From the IMG/VR virus record IMGVR_UViG_3300021400_001110: a stretch of DNA of 64,000 nucleotides; one strand, given 5' to 3'. Under the pieces are notes generated by a model that saw nothing but the letters and a program-made list of their open reading frames with translations, had not been told where the DNA came from and searched no databases. How positions within the stretch are numbered: the first letter of the stretch is position 1; each line of letters opens with the position of its first letter. The position numbers and the translations under genes are program-made. The stretch is from a virus (Duplodnaviria; Heunggongvirae; Uroviricota; Caudoviricetes). Below are positions 39,547 to 49,855 of the stretch, piece by piece.

Positions 39547-41800
39547 TCAAACTTCATTCTTTTCTAAATATACAAGAATCTCTATACAAGAGTCTCTTGA
39601 TATTATAGAGCAATGGGGAAGTATTCAATATGACTCAGAAACTCTTGGTAAAGATGCACATGTAGGTAAACCTCTTTCTGCACAATTTGGCTCTCCTAAG
39701 AAAGATACTCAAATTGTAGTAGATTGGACTACTGTTGATATACGAAACTATAAAAAGGTACTTGAAGAAAAACTTATTGTTGGTCAAAATTTAAAGTTTG
39801 ATTTACAGTGGTTATATAACTATGGAATAATACCTCTAAAGGTATATGATACTATGATAGCTGAGCAACTTATTTATCTAGGATTTCCTCCAGCTGGTAA
39901 GCCAGGAGGAATTTCCTATGCTCTTAATGAAATTGCTATGCGCTATCTTGGAAAGTATATTGACAAGTCTATACGAGGACAAATTATATATAGAGGTCTT
40001 GATGATGAAGTTATAGAGTATGCTGCAAATGATGTTGTAGACTTAGTAGATATAGCTAAGAAACAAATTGAAATTTGTAAGAAACGTAATTGTATGCGTG
40101 CTTTACAAATTGAAATGGATTTCGTTCCAGTTATTGCTTATCTAGAATGGTGTGGAATCAAACTAGATGTTGATAAATGGAAAGCTAAAATGACTAAAGA
40201 TGAAAACAATAGAAGAGAAAGACTTGAAAAGTTAAATCAATTCCTTATTAAATGGTATCAAGATAGAAATGGTAAGGACAATATGATAGGGGTTCCTTAT
40301 GTAATATCATCTTTTAATAATTCTCATATACAAGAACCTCCTCCATCTGCTAAACCTATGTCTCGTCCATATAAGAAAGAAGGAAATATAGATGATTTAT
40401 TTCAAGACTTTTCTATTCCATTCTATATTACAAATAAAAGTGGAAAGATAGTACCATTTATAAAGGTAGACTTACAAGGAGATTTATTTTCTGGATTTAA
40501 TACAAAACCTCAATGTATACTTAATTGGGATAGTTCTGATCAAGTTATTTATTTCTGTCAGTTATTAGGATTTAATACTAAAGTAGAAGATAAGGCTACA
40601 GGAGAAGATAAAGACTCTGTAGTGGAAAAAGCACTCAAAGTACAAAAAGGAATCAATGATGAATTTCTAAAATTGTATTTTGATTATAAGGAAGCATCTA
40701 AAGTGTGTAGCACTTATGGACAAACTTATTTAAATGCTATAAATCCAAATACTGGAAGAATACATACTAACTTTAAACAACTTGGAGCTTCATCAGGTAG
40801 AATGGCTTGTGGAAGTAAACAAAATAATGAAGATTTAGCTAAGCTCAAACACGCAGAGTTATCTAAACTTCCTACTAAACTTAGAAAATGTGGGTATCCA
40901 CAATTACAAAATCTTCCTGCTGACCATGATACTAGAGGAGCATTTGTGCCAGAGAAAGGAAATTTAATGTGCAGTTGTGATTATTCTGCCCTAGAGAGTA
41001 GACTTGGTGCTGATATTTATAATGAACAATCAATGATTGACGAGTATTTATATGGCACTGGAGATATTCATTCCCTTACTGCTAAACATTGTTTTCCTAT
41101 AGAACTGGCTGGTATAGAAGTTAAAGATATTAAAGAAAAAAGACCTGATCTTAGAAGTAGAGCTAAGCCTGTGGAATTTAGTCAACAATTTGGGGGAAGT
41201 GCTAAAGCAATTCAAAATGCTCTTGCTTGTACTAAAGCTGAAGCAGAAGCAATAGCTGAAGCTTATAATAAAGGTTTTTCTGGCATATCCCAATTTAAGG
41301 ATAGAGGATTTAAAGCTGTATGTCAAACTGGATATGTACTTATATGTAAATATACTGGACATAGAACTTATATGCCAGATTGGAAAGAATGGAGAGAAGC
41401 AATGGATGATGAAGAATTCTGGACAAGATATGATTATCTACATGATACTCTCCCTTATAAAGAATTCCTTAAAACCTATGAAGCTCGTAAAGCTTCTGAG
41501 CTTCGTAAAACCTCTTCTAAATGGTCTAGATTAGCCCTCAATTCTCCTACTCAAGGTAGTGGTATTATAATCTTAAAAGATGCTATGGCTAATTTCTTTA
41601 AATGGATTATAGAAAATGGATATTTTAATATTATAAAGATTTGTGATTTAGTTCATGATGAAGCTGTAATTGAATATCCAGAAACTATGCCTGAAGTAGC
41701 TAACATCCTTAAAAATTTTATGGAAGAATCTTCTGCTAAGTTCTGTAAGAAACTGCCTATTCCTGCTGTTCCTGAAGTTGGAGATCATTGGATTCATTAA
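39527..41800 (+). CDS. family-A DNA polymerase with 3'-5' exonuclease domain
   Basis: Exo I YDSETLG, Exo II NLKFDLQWL, Exo III YAANDVVDL; pol motif A DYSALESRL, B RSRAKPVEFSQQFG, C VHDEAV; GTG start. Confidence 0.85.
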   Translation: MIYVVSNQTSFFSKYTRISIQESLDIIEQWGSIQYDSETLGKDAHVGKPLSAQFGSPKKDTQIVVDWTTVDIRNYKKVLEEKLIVGQNLKFDLQWLYNYGIIPLKVYDTMIAEQLIYLGFPPAGKPGGISYALNEIAMRYLGKYIDKSIRGQIIYRGLDDEVIEYAANDVVDLVDIAKKQIEICKKRNCMRALQIEMDFVPVIAYLEWCGIKLDVDKWKAKMTKDENNRRERLEKLNQFLIKWYQDRNGKDNMIGVPYVISSFNNSHIQEPPPSAKPMSRPYKKEGNIDDLFQDFSIPFYITNKSGKIVPFIKVDLQGDLFSGFNTKPQCILNWDSSDQVIYFCQLLGFNTKVEDKATGEDKDSVVEKALKVQKGINDEFLKLYFDYKEASKVCSTYGQTYLNAINPNTGRIHTNFKQLGASSGRMACGSKQNNEDLAKLKHAELSKLPTKLRKCGYPQLQNLPADHDTRGAFVPEKGNLMCSCDYSALESRLGADIYNEQSMIDEYLYGTGDIHSLTAKHCFPIELAGIEVKDIKEKRPDLRSRAKPVEFSQQFGGSAKAIQNALACTKAEAEAIAEAYNKGFSGISQFKDRGFKAVCQTGYVLICKYTGHRTYMPDWKEWREAMDDEEFWTRYDYLHDTLPYKEFLKTYEARKASELRKTSSKWSRLALNSPTQGSGIIILKDAMANFFKWIIENGYFNIIKICDLVHDEAVIEYPETMPEVANILKNFMEESSAKFCKKLPIPAVPEVGDHWIH

Positions 41801-42068
41801 TATGGATATAGCTAAAGCTAAAGAATTTATGTATATACCCTACGAAGGTACAGTTATATATATTTCTAAAGACTTATGGAAACTTATAGAAATGTGTGGC
41901 AGAAAAGGAATGCATTGTAATATGTATGCCATAGTAGAAACTGAAAGTGGGGATACAATGATGTTTTTGGATTGGTCTTATAGTGATGAACCTATTATTA
42001 TGGGTAGATTCATTCATTTAAGCTATTTTTTAGATTATTATTCAAATAAAGAAATTATAAAACTATGA
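41778..42068 (+). CDS. hypothetical protein
   Basis: 96-aa ORF. Confidence 0.4.
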   Translation: MEIIGFINMDIAKAKEFMYIPYEGTVIYISKDLWKLIEMCGRKGMHCNMYAIVETESGDTMMFLDWSYSDEPIIMGRFIHLSYFLDYYSNKEIIKL

Positions 42069-42655
42069 ATAAAAGATGTAGATTATTACTAACAGCTAGA
42101 TGCCCAAATAATTGTCCATTATGCTGTAATAAACAATTTGATTTGCTTAAAGATGTTCCTATTATAGATAGATGGAACTATGATGAATTTATTCTAACTG
42201 GAGGAGAACCCCTTATGAATAATATTGCATTATTAAATTTTATATATAATTTAACTGCTATTCATAAATATATGGGAATTTCTCCAAAAATCTATTTATA
42301 TACTTCTATATGTAATCCACATATATGGGATAAAATAATCCCTTTCTTTGATGGAATTACATATACAGTACATACACAGCAAAATGCTAAGGAATTAATT
42401 ACACTTATTACAGTACTTACTAATCCAGAAATGGGTTATGACTCTATATTTCAAAATTTACAAGATATAAGTCGAAAGTCTATATGGCTTAATTTATTTC
42501 CTGAAGCTAAAACTTTAATAGATACTGAACTGGCTAATACTAATCTTAGTTGGGACAATATAGGTAGATTCTTTAAGATAAGACAAATGGAATGGAAAGA
42601 AAATTGTCCAGTTCCAGAAGGTGAAGACTTTAGAAGACTCAATAGTCCTTGGTAA
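42065..42655 (+). CDS. small radical SAM (activase-like) protein
   Basis: CPNNCPLC (Cx3Cx2C) plus LTGGEPL. Confidence 0.5.
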   Translation: MNKRCRLLLTARCPNNCPLCCNKQFDLLKDVPIIDRWNYDEFILTGGEPLMNNIALLNFIYNLTAIHKYMGISPKIYLYTSICNPHIWDKIIPFFDGITYTVHTQQNAKELITLITVLTNPEMGYDSIFQNLQDISRKSIWLNLFPEAKTLIDTELANTNLSWDNIGRFFKIRQMEWKENCPVPEGEDFRRLNSPW

Positions 42656-42658
42656 AAT

Positions 42659-42862
42659 ATGTGGATAACTACTGACACTTATGGTGATAAATTAATCTGG
42701 GAAAATAAGCCAGAAAGAGCTAAGAACGGTAAAGAGTGGATAAATGGAGGAAGTGTAGGTAGATTGGGAGAATTTCCTTTTACTGACCTTCCTTCTTTTA
42801 TTCAGCAACAACAATGGAAAGATGCACCAATTCAAGTTAAATTTGAAATTAAAAAGAAATGA
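42659..42862 (+). CDS. hypothetical protein
   Basis: 67-aa ORF. Confidence 0.3.
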   Translation: MWITTDTYGDKLIWENKPERAKNGKEWINGGSVGRLGEFPFTDLPSFIQQQQWKDAPIQVKFEIKKK

Positions 42863-43056
42863 AGAAAGTCAAAGTTTGTGTAAGTCTTTGTATTAGCAAA
42901 GAAGTAGAAATAGAGGTTGAAGATGAATATAATGAGAATGATCTGTATTATGCTTTTACTGAGCAAGAAAGTTTACCTATGGGAGTATATGATTACGATA
43001 CAAATGATTCCGATGATTGGCTTGTTGATGATTTAACAGTAGTTGAAGTAAAATGA
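42859..43056 (+). CDS. acidic hypothetical protein
   Basis: 65-aa ORF, ATGA overlap. Confidence 0.3.
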   Translation: MKKVKVCVSLCISKEVEIEVEDEYNENDLYYAFTEQESLPMGVYDYDTNDSDDWLVDDLTVVEVK

Positions 43057-43195
43057 AGTATTATTTTAGACTTTACCAATGTGGCGATGAAGATGGAGAT
43101 ACTATATGGGAAAAAGCTTCTTCTTGGGATGAAGCAGAAAGGCAAGTATACCAAGATTATCATTCAATTAATCGATTAGACAGACTTTATTGTAG

Positions 43196-43546
43196 ATGAA
43201 ATTAACTAGGTATTTATATAACCTCTTAGTTAAATGGGAAATTGATTGGGATATGGATCCTGAGGAATACCCATTTGAAGTAAAAGAAGAAGATACTTAT
43301 CAAGAACTTGAAGATAAAGCAGAGGCCTGGGAAAAAGAACATGGTCTTGAAAGAATAGAAGATGAAGAAGTTATAGATTATGATTTAGAGAAGTCATATA
43401 TAACTAAGAGAATAGTATTTAAATTAGATAATCATTATTATACATTTGAATATGATTATTCTTATTATTGGGATGACGATTCTGTAATAGGTAAAGAACT
43501 TAAAGAAGTGCATCCTGTAGAAAAAACTATAACTGTTTACGAATGA
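43196..43546 (+). CDS. acidic hypothetical protein
   Basis: 116-aa ORF. Confidence 0.4.
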   Translation: MKLTRYLYNLLVKWEIDWDMDPEEYPFEVKEEDTYQELEDKAEAWEKEHGLERIEDEEVIDYDLEKSYITKRIVFKLDNHYYTFEYDYSYYWDDDSVIGKELKEVHPVEKTITVYE

Positions 43547-44520
43547 AATTTATTGAACCTTCTGTAGAAATTATCAGGCAGGAACCTGGAATTGACGGAA
43601 TGATGAAGATAATAGAACTAGCTGGTAGAACAGCTTATAAATCAGAAGATCACATAACAGAAGATTCAGCAAATAAGTTTGTAAAGATGCTTAAAAATAG
43701 AAATCATGGTGCTGCATTAGAGCATGGTACTTGTTATCTTGCTATTCCACGTAAAGTTTGGAATGAAATTGTAGATGATCATGATTTTAACTTCATGGAT
43801 TGTCCATATCAATTTTATGGCTTTGATTATAGATGCAATTCTGATGGACAAGACTTTATATATTTAACTACTAACTATAGAGTTCTTGTAGAGTATGGTT
43901 ATGAACAACTTCTTGATTATATGGTTACTCCTACTGAAGACGAGTTCCAATATAATAAGGGCTCTTATCAACACTATTATCGTCGTATTACTGTGAAATT
44001 CATCTGTGATAGAGGAGTAAGCCATGAATTTGTAAGGCATAGAGTCTTTAGTTTTTTACAAGAGAGTACAAGATATTGTAACTATAGTAAGAATAAGTTT
44101 GGAGGGGAAATAACATTTATTATTCCAAGATGGATACATGATATTCAAAATGATATAGTTAAAACTGTAGATTCTCTTACTAAAGATTATAGAATTGAAT
44201 ATGCATTTTATAAGGGAACTGACCTTATGAATATGTTATCTGTAGTAGATAGAACTGTATCTGAATATATGGATACTTTAGAAAAAATAGAAAGATGTTA
44301 TTTAGATATGATTAATCTTGATGATGGAACTAAATTAATTCCACAACAAGCGAGACAAATACTTCCCAATTGTTTAAAGACCGAGTTAATTATGACTGGT
44401 ACAATAGGACAATGGAAGCATTTCTTTGAACTTAGATGTGCTCCATCTGCACATCCTGATGCTAAATATCTTGCTACTCAATTAGAAGAAAAATTCCGCA
44501 ATGCGGGTTATTTAAACTAA
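43543..44520 (+). CDS. thyX: flavin-dependent thymidylate synthase ThyX
   Basis: ThyX signature RHRVFSFLQES (RHRx7S); 325 aa. Confidence 0.8.
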   Translation: MKFIEPSVEIIRQEPGIDGMMKIIELAGRTAYKSEDHITEDSANKFVKMLKNRNHGAALEHGTCYLAIPRKVWNEIVDDHDFNFMDCPYQFYGFDYRCNSDGQDFIYLTTNYRVLVEYGYEQLLDYMVTPTEDEFQYNKGSYQHYYRRITVKFICDRGVSHEFVRHRVFSFLQESTRYCNYSKNKFGGEITFIIPRWIHDIQNDIVKTVDSLTKDYRIEYAFYKGTDLMNMLSVVDRTVSEYMDTLEKIERCYLDMINLDDGTKLIPQQARQILPNCLKTELIMTGTIGQWKHFFELRCAPSAHPDAKYLATQLEEKFRNAGYLN

Positions 44521-44530
44521 TAAAAAATTT

Positions 44531-44767
44531 ATGCTTAAATTCATTTTTAAACTTATTTTCGGTGATTATAATCACCGTATTGCTAGGTCTATGTCGGCCT
44601 TTACTAAGATTATCGAGAAATGTCAGAAACTCAATGAGGAGATGCATTCCGATATCCAGAAAAAGAATGAAAAGATTAATAATCTTAATTCACAAATTGA
44701 TGATATTCAAAAGAGTATCTCAAGAAATGAACGCTTTATAGAAAATGTTCGAAAAATTACAGAATAA
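44531..44767 (+). CDS. small coiled-coil protein
   Basis: 78-aa ORF followed by a terminator. Confidence 0.35.
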   Translation: MLKFIFKLIFGDYNHRIARSMSAFTKIIEKCQKLNEEMHSDIQKKNEKINNLNSQIDDIQKSISRNERFIENVRKITE

Positions 44768-44777
44768 GACTAAAAAA

Positions 44778-44804
44778 GCCCTGACAAAAGTCGGGGCTTT
44801 TATT
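44778..44804 (+). terminator. rho-independent terminator
   Basis: gccctgac-aaaa-gtcggggc hairpin plus ttttatt. Confidence 0.55.
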
Positions 44805-44838
44805 GAAGCCTCTATAGAGGTAATAGGAGAATTAGTAG

Positions 44839-45099
44839 ATGACATTTCAGATACTGACTTCGATTAAAAGATGGTGGAAAAACCATAAATGGGTAAATAT
44901 AAGAGATAATTATATTATACCTCATAAAAATACTACATTCTGGCTTAATGATTATGAAATGGAACAAGCCAATAAGTTTAAGAAAGATAATCCTTCCAAC
45001 TTCTATCAGTATTACTTTACACCTGGACCTATAGGTGTTTACACAAGAATAAAAGGGGGAGAAAAAGAACAAGATATTACTGATTATAATGCTTGGTAA
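44839..45099 (+). CDS. hypothetical protein
   Basis: 86-aa ORF. Confidence 0.35.
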   Translation: MTFQILTSIKRWWKNHKWVNIRDNYIIPHKNTTFWLNDYEMEQANKFKKDNPSNFYQYYFTPGPIGVYTRIKGGEKEQDITDYNAW

Positions 45100-45368
45100 A
45101 TTTAAATGTTATGGAAGACTTAAATAAAAAAGAAAATCTAAGTAAAAAAGAAAAACTTGAAGGAATTAAAGGAATTTTAGAAAATGAAGATTTTGGAAGA
45201 ATGTGGATGAAAATGCATACTCCTTGGGTACTTAGAAGTCGTAAAGTAGGACGTAATGAGCTTTGTCCATGTGGTTCTGGAAAGAAGTATAAGAATTGCG
45301 AGTGCTATGCAAAGAAAGATATAGCTAAATACACTTTAGATGAAAAACATACTAAAGGATGGAGATAA
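45093..45368 (+). CDS. SEC-C motif protein
   Basis: C-terminal [14 protein letters not shown] metal-binding motif. Confidence 0.45.
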   Translation: MVNLNVMEDLNKKENLSKKEKLEGIKGILENEDFGRMWMKMHTPWVLRSRKVGRNELCPCGSGKKYKNCECYAKKDIAKYTLDEKHTKGWR

Positions 45369-45964
45369 TTAAAAAATATAGTGCCGATATTCCCATTTTC
45401 TTTACTTCTGATACTCATTTTTGCCATTCCAACATTATTAAGTTCTGTGGACGCCCATTTAAAGATGTAAAAGAGATGAATGAGGTTCTTATCAGTAACT
45501 GGAACGAAGTAGTGGGTCCAACTGATATTGTATACCATCTTGGAGATTTTTGTTTTGCGGGTTCTGCTGAATGGCATTCTGTTCTAGGACAACTTAATGG
45601 ACGTATACATCTTATAATTGGAAATCATGATGAAAAGAATTTACGTCAAGGTTATATGAATTTATTTGAAAGTGTTAGTTATCAACAGCATATAGTTATT
45701 GGTCCTAATAATTTCTATTTAAATCATTACCCTTATTTATGTTATCCTGGACATCATTCCCATACATATCAATTGTTTGGGCATGTGCATAGTAGTCCCT
45801 TTAAATTTGAGGGTATAGACTCTGGAAGGATGCAAAATAATATTACTCCAACTCAATATGATGTAGGAGTAGATTGGAACAACTTTAAACCTATAAGTTA
45901 TGAGAAACTTATAAATCGTTTAGAGTATCAAGTTAAAAACAACAAAACTATGTATGAAAAATGA
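45359..45964 (+). CDS. metallophosphoesterase
   Basis: DTHFCH, GDFCF, GNHDE, GHVH motifs. Confidence 0.65.
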   Translation: MEIIKKYSADIPIFFTSDTHFCHSNIIKFCGRPFKDVKEMNEVLISNWNEVVGPTDIVYHLGDFCFAGSAEWHSVLGQLNGRIHLIIGNHDEKNLRQGYMNLFESVSYQQHIVIGPNNFYLNHYPYLCYPGHHSHTYQLFGHVHSSPFKFEGIDSGRMQNNITPTQYDVGVDWNNFKPISYEKLINRLEYQVKNNKTMYEK

Positions 45965-46109
45965 ATACTTTTTGCGCTTGGGTAGCACTACCTATATTTA
46001 TAAGTGCTGTAGGTTGGTTTATAAGTAAAGAAAATATAGATTATTTAATTGAATTTTTATTAGGAGTGGCTTTCGCTATATTAATATGGATAGCAATAAC
46101 ACTATAACT
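45963..46109 (+). CDS. small membrane protein
   Basis: 48-aa hydrophobic ORF (below the track cutoff), ATGA overlap. Confidence 0.25.
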
Positions 46110-46225
46110 GAAGGGTTTAAACTAGGTTATATAAGAGCCTTAGCTGATGTATTCCATGTATTAATGGATAATATGGATAATGAAGTTCAAGATAAATTAT
46201 TAACAGAATTAAAACTTAAAAAATT

Positions 46226-46798
46226 ATGAATAAAACACTAATTATTGTTGATGCACAGTATGACTTTATGGAGGGAGGAAAGCTTCCTGTAGAAGGAGCA
46301 ACTCAAGCTCTTAATAACATTGTGGAGCTTATTAATACTGGAGAGTATTCTACTATTATCACTACCCAAGATTGGCATAATGGTAAACATTGCTCATTTA
46401 AAGAACAAGGTGGAGATTTTCCAGAACATTGTGTACAGGGTACTTATGGTGCAGATATTTATAAGCCAATAGCTGATGCTATTAAGTTTAAATATCTTAC
46501 TTTTAGTCTTAGAAAGGGACAATGTTTAGAGGAATTCTCAGCATTTAAATCTCCCACTAAAGGTTACAACCATTGGAAAGAATATTATACTACAGACGAT
46601 AATACTCCTTTTATTCAATTCCATGATGAAGAAGTAATTCACATTTGTGGACTTGCAGGGGATATTTGTGTGATGAATACTGCGATAGCATTAAAGGATT
46701 TGCGTCCAGCTATTATAGACAACTGTACAGCATCTCTTAGTGATGATAACTTTAGAAAGTTAGCGGATTTAAATGGTATTAATATTATTGAAGTATGA
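46226..46798 (+). CDS. pncA: nicotinamidase / isochorismatase-family hydrolase (PncA-like)
   Basis: N-terminal IIVDAQYDF; catalytic Cys in ICGLAGDICV; adjacent to pncB. Confidence 0.6.
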   Translation: MNKTLIIVDAQYDFMEGGKLPVEGATQALNNIVELINTGEYSTIITTQDWHNGKHCSFKEQGGDFPEHCVQGTYGADIYKPIADAIKFKYLTFSLRKGQCLEEFSAFKSPTKGYNHWKEYYTTDDNTPFIQFHDEEVIHICGLAGDICVMNTAIALKDLRPAIIDNCTASLSDDNFRKLADLNGINIIEV

Positions 46799-47613
46799 TT
46801 AGAAATCCAGTTTTAGGTTCAATCGCAGGGGACATGATAGGTGTTCCCTACGAGTTTTTAAGACATGGAGTTGCTATTGCTCCTACATTTCCATTATGGT
46901 CAAAAGACTCTCATTTTTCTGATGATTCAGTGATGACTCTTGCAGTAGCTAAATGGTTATTAGAAAGTGAGGATTTTAATTATGAAGTCCTTATTAAATG
47001 TATGCAAGAACTGGGACGTAAGTATCGAGACAGAGGATATGGTAGTAACTTTGGACAATGGTTAGATACTGATAATCCTCAACCTTATGGCTCTTGGGGA
47101 AATGGTGCTGCTATGAGAGTTAGTCCTGTAGGAGTTGCCTTTACAAGAGAAGAAGATGTATCTAAATATGCAGAACTTCAAGCATCTGTATCTCATAACA
47201 GTAAAGAAGGTTATGAAGGAGCAAGAGCTATAGCATTAGCTGTTAGAGCTGCTCTTAGTAACTATAATAAGGATGCTATTTACTCTTTAATTCATGAGAG
47301 GATTCCTTCTTATAGCATAGATCGATCTGCCAAGTTCATTATGGATTCTGGATATACTTTTAAAGTAAGTTGCCAAGAATCTGTACCTGAAGCTCTTTGT
47401 TGCTTCTTCGATAGTAGTTCTTATGAAGAAACTATTCGTAAAGCAATACTCTTAAGAGGGGATACCGATACCCAAGCTGCAATGGCTGGTGGTATTGCTG
47501 CTGCATATTGGGGAATATCTGAAGAAATAGCAGAAGAAGCTAAAAACAGATTACCCCAGGATTTATATGTAATTTTATCTAAATTTAGTAAAAAATATAA
47601 TTTACCACTATGA
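46795..47613 (+). CDS. ADP-ribosylglycohydrolase (ARH/DraG family)
   Basis: N-terminal GSIAGDMIGVPYEF; C-terminal GDTDT metal-site motif. Confidence 0.7.
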   Translation: MIRNPVLGSIAGDMIGVPYEFLRHGVAIAPTFPLWSKDSHFSDDSVMTLAVAKWLLESEDFNYEVLIKCMQELGRKYRDRGYGSNFGQWLDTDNPQPYGSWGNGAAMRVSPVGVAFTREEDVSKYAELQASVSHNSKEGYEGARAIALAVRAALSNYNKDAIYSLIHERIPSYSIDRSAKFIMDSGYTFKVSCQESVPEALCCFFDSSSYEETIRKAILLRGDTDTQAAMAGGIAAAYWGISEEIAEEAKNRLPQDLYVILSKFSKKYNLPL

Positions 47614-48785
47614 TTTTAAGTATCTTAGACACTGATTTATACAAGTTTACAACTTCGTACGCTTATCAAAAACTGTATCCAAATGCGCTTGGAACTTTCG
47701 AATATGTAGACAGAAATAATACTGTCTATGATGAATCTTTCTTAGAATATCTTGAATATGAAATTTCTAAGTTAGGTAATGTTTTTCTTACTACTGAGGA
47801 ATTTTCTAAAGTAGTTTGCAACCCTTGGCTATCTAGATTTATTCCTATTTCTTACTGGGAATGGCTTGGAAGTTTTCGATTTAATCCAGGTCTTATAAGG
47901 ATATGGCTTGATGAAAATGGACATTTACATATTAGAGTTACAGATTATCTTTATAAGGTAACTCTTTATGAAGTTCCAATACTTTATACAGTATCTGAAT
48001 GTTATTATAAATTCTTTAATATACAAGCAGATATAAATTTAATGTATAAGAATTTAGCAGAAAAGATAGAATTTGCTAATAAAGAAAATCTTATTTTCTC
48101 CGAATTTGGAACTAGAAGAAGATACTCTTCTAACATACACGAATTAGTAGTTCAATACTTAAAAGAACACTCAAAGACTTGTGTAGGAACTTCTAATGTT
48201 TATTTTGCTATTAAATACAATATGATGCCTTGTGGTACTTTCCCACATGAATGGGTAATGTTCCATGGGGCAATCTGGGGATATCAACAGGCTAATGAAC
48301 TTGCAATGCGAGATTGGGTACGTTGCTATGATGGGGATTTAGGAACTGTATTGTGTGACACCTATACAACTAAGTTCTTCATTAAACAGTTTTCACGTAA
48401 ATACAGTAAACTATTTGATGGTCCACGTATAGACTCAGGTGATGAAAAGGAATTAGGAGATTTATTTATAGAGCATTATAAGTCTATGAATATTAATCCT
48501 ATGACTAAAACTCTTGTTATGAGTAATGCTCTTGATTTTCCTAAGTTTAAGGAAATTAGAGATTATTTCAAAAATAGAATTAATGTAGTTGCTGGCATTG
48601 GCACTAACCTTACTAATGATTGTGGAGTAATTCCTCTTAATGAGGTAATGAAACTTATTGAAGTTCAAGCTACTATTAATAGTTCTAAGCTTCCTTGTAT
48701 TAAACGTTCAGACGATAAAGGTAAGAGATTAGGTAGTGCTATACAGCAAGATATTTTAGACCACGTTTTATTAGATGCCTCGTAA
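47610..48785 (+). CDS. pncB: nicotinate phosphoribosyltransferase (PncB)
   Basis: N-terminal ILDTDLYKFT signature of NAPRTase; 391 aa. Confidence 0.65.
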   Translation: MILSILDTDLYKFTTSYAYQKLYPNALGTFEYVDRNNTVYDESFLEYLEYEISKLGNVFLTTEEFSKVVCNPWLSRFIPISYWEWLGSFRFNPGLIRIWLDENGHLHIRVTDYLYKVTLYEVPILYTVSECYYKFFNIQADINLMYKNLAEKIEFANKENLIFSEFGTRRRYSSNIHELVVQYLKEHSKTCVGTSNVYFAIKYNMMPCGTFPHEWVMFHGAIWGYQQANELAMRDWVRCYDGDLGTVLCDTYTTKFFIKQFSRKYSKLFDGPRIDSGDEKELGDLFIEHYKSMNINPMTKTLVMSNALDFPKFKEIRDYFKNRINVVAGIGTNLTNDCGVIPLNEVMKLIEVQATINSSKLPCIKRSDDKGKRLGSAIQQDILDHVLLDAS

Positions 48786-49041
48786 AACAATAAAAAAGGT
48801 AGAAAAGGTGGAAATTCCAAAAGGAATTCCACCTAAACCTCGTGAGAAACTAACATCTGGGCAAGAACTTTATTGTTGGTACCCTCCCAATAACACTTAT
48901 CACAAACGTGTTTATATAAAGGATGGAAAAGATCCAGATTGGGTTGTAACACAAGATGAGTCAGGTCAGAAATGGTTAGTTAATATAGAACATTTACATA
49001 ATACAATTTTAACAAAAGAAGAATATGAAAAATTGGGATAA
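48775..49041 (+). CDS. hypothetical protein
   Basis: 88-aa ORF. Confidence 0.35.
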   Translation: MPRKTIKKVEKVEIPKGIPPKPREKLTSGQELYCWYPPNNTYHKRVYIKDGKDPDWVVTQDESGQKWLVNIEHLHNTILTKEEYEKLG

Positions 49042-49849
49042 GTGGATAAATGATGCTGTAACATGTCTACAGGATTATATAAAACAGAATCATTTAAAAA
49101 GTGTAGTTCTTGGACTAAGTGGAGGTATAGATAGCACTGTATCTGCAGTTATATGCCATCTAGCTACTAAGAATATGCCTGATGTAACATTTATTGGTAG
49201 AAGTCTTCCAATTATGAACCCATCTAATGAAAAGAGTATTTCCAAGAAATTGGGAGAAATTCTTTGTGATGATTTTGCAGAGATTGATATGAGAGAATTT
49301 TATCATCCTTGGAGACTTCTTTTTTATGAAGAAGAGGAAGAATCTAAGGCTACTAACATTTCTGATGGCAATCTTATGGCTCGCATGAGAATGATGTATC
49401 TTTATCAATTAGCACATCATTATAAAGGTATAGTTATAGATACAGATAATATGACTGAACATGAACTTGGTTTCTATACTATACATGGTGATGTAGGAGA
49501 CTATAATGTAGGAATCCGTTATCTATGGAAACATGAGATTTGGGACTTAGCCAAAATGCTTAAGGATTATGTTCCAAAAGCCAAAGAAGTTATTCAAGAA
49601 TCTATAAATATGCAACCAACTGATGGTAATTGTGGAGGTACTGACATGGATCAAATAGCTCCTGGAGCTACATATGGAGATGTAGACCTAATTCTTGATT
49701 CTCTTGATAGTAGACTAAAATACAGAGAAGCTATTGATGTTTGTGGATTTGATTTAGTTAAGAGAGTAGAAGACAGAAGTGCTAGAAATGCTTATAAAGA
49801 CAAGCTTCCTATAACTCCTAATATAATGAAGAATTGGTTTAATAAATAA
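49025..49849 (+). CDS. nadE: NH3-dependent NAD+ synthetase NadE
   Basis: PP-loop LGLSGGIDST; 274 aa. Confidence 0.8.
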   Translation: MKNWDKWINDAVTCLQDYIKQNHLKSVVLGLSGGIDSTVSAVICHLATKNMPDVTFIGRSLPIMNPSNEKSISKKLGEILCDDFAEIDMREFYHPWRLLFYEEEEESKATNISDGNLMARMRMMYLYQLAHHYKGIVIDTDNMTEHELGFYTIHGDVGDYNVGIRYLWKHEIWDLAKMLKDYVPKAKEVIQESINMQPTDGNCGGTDMDQIAPGATYGDVDLILDSLDSRLKYREAIDVCGFDLVKRVEDRSARNAYKDKLPITPNIMKNWFNK

Positions 49850-49855
49850 TAAAAT

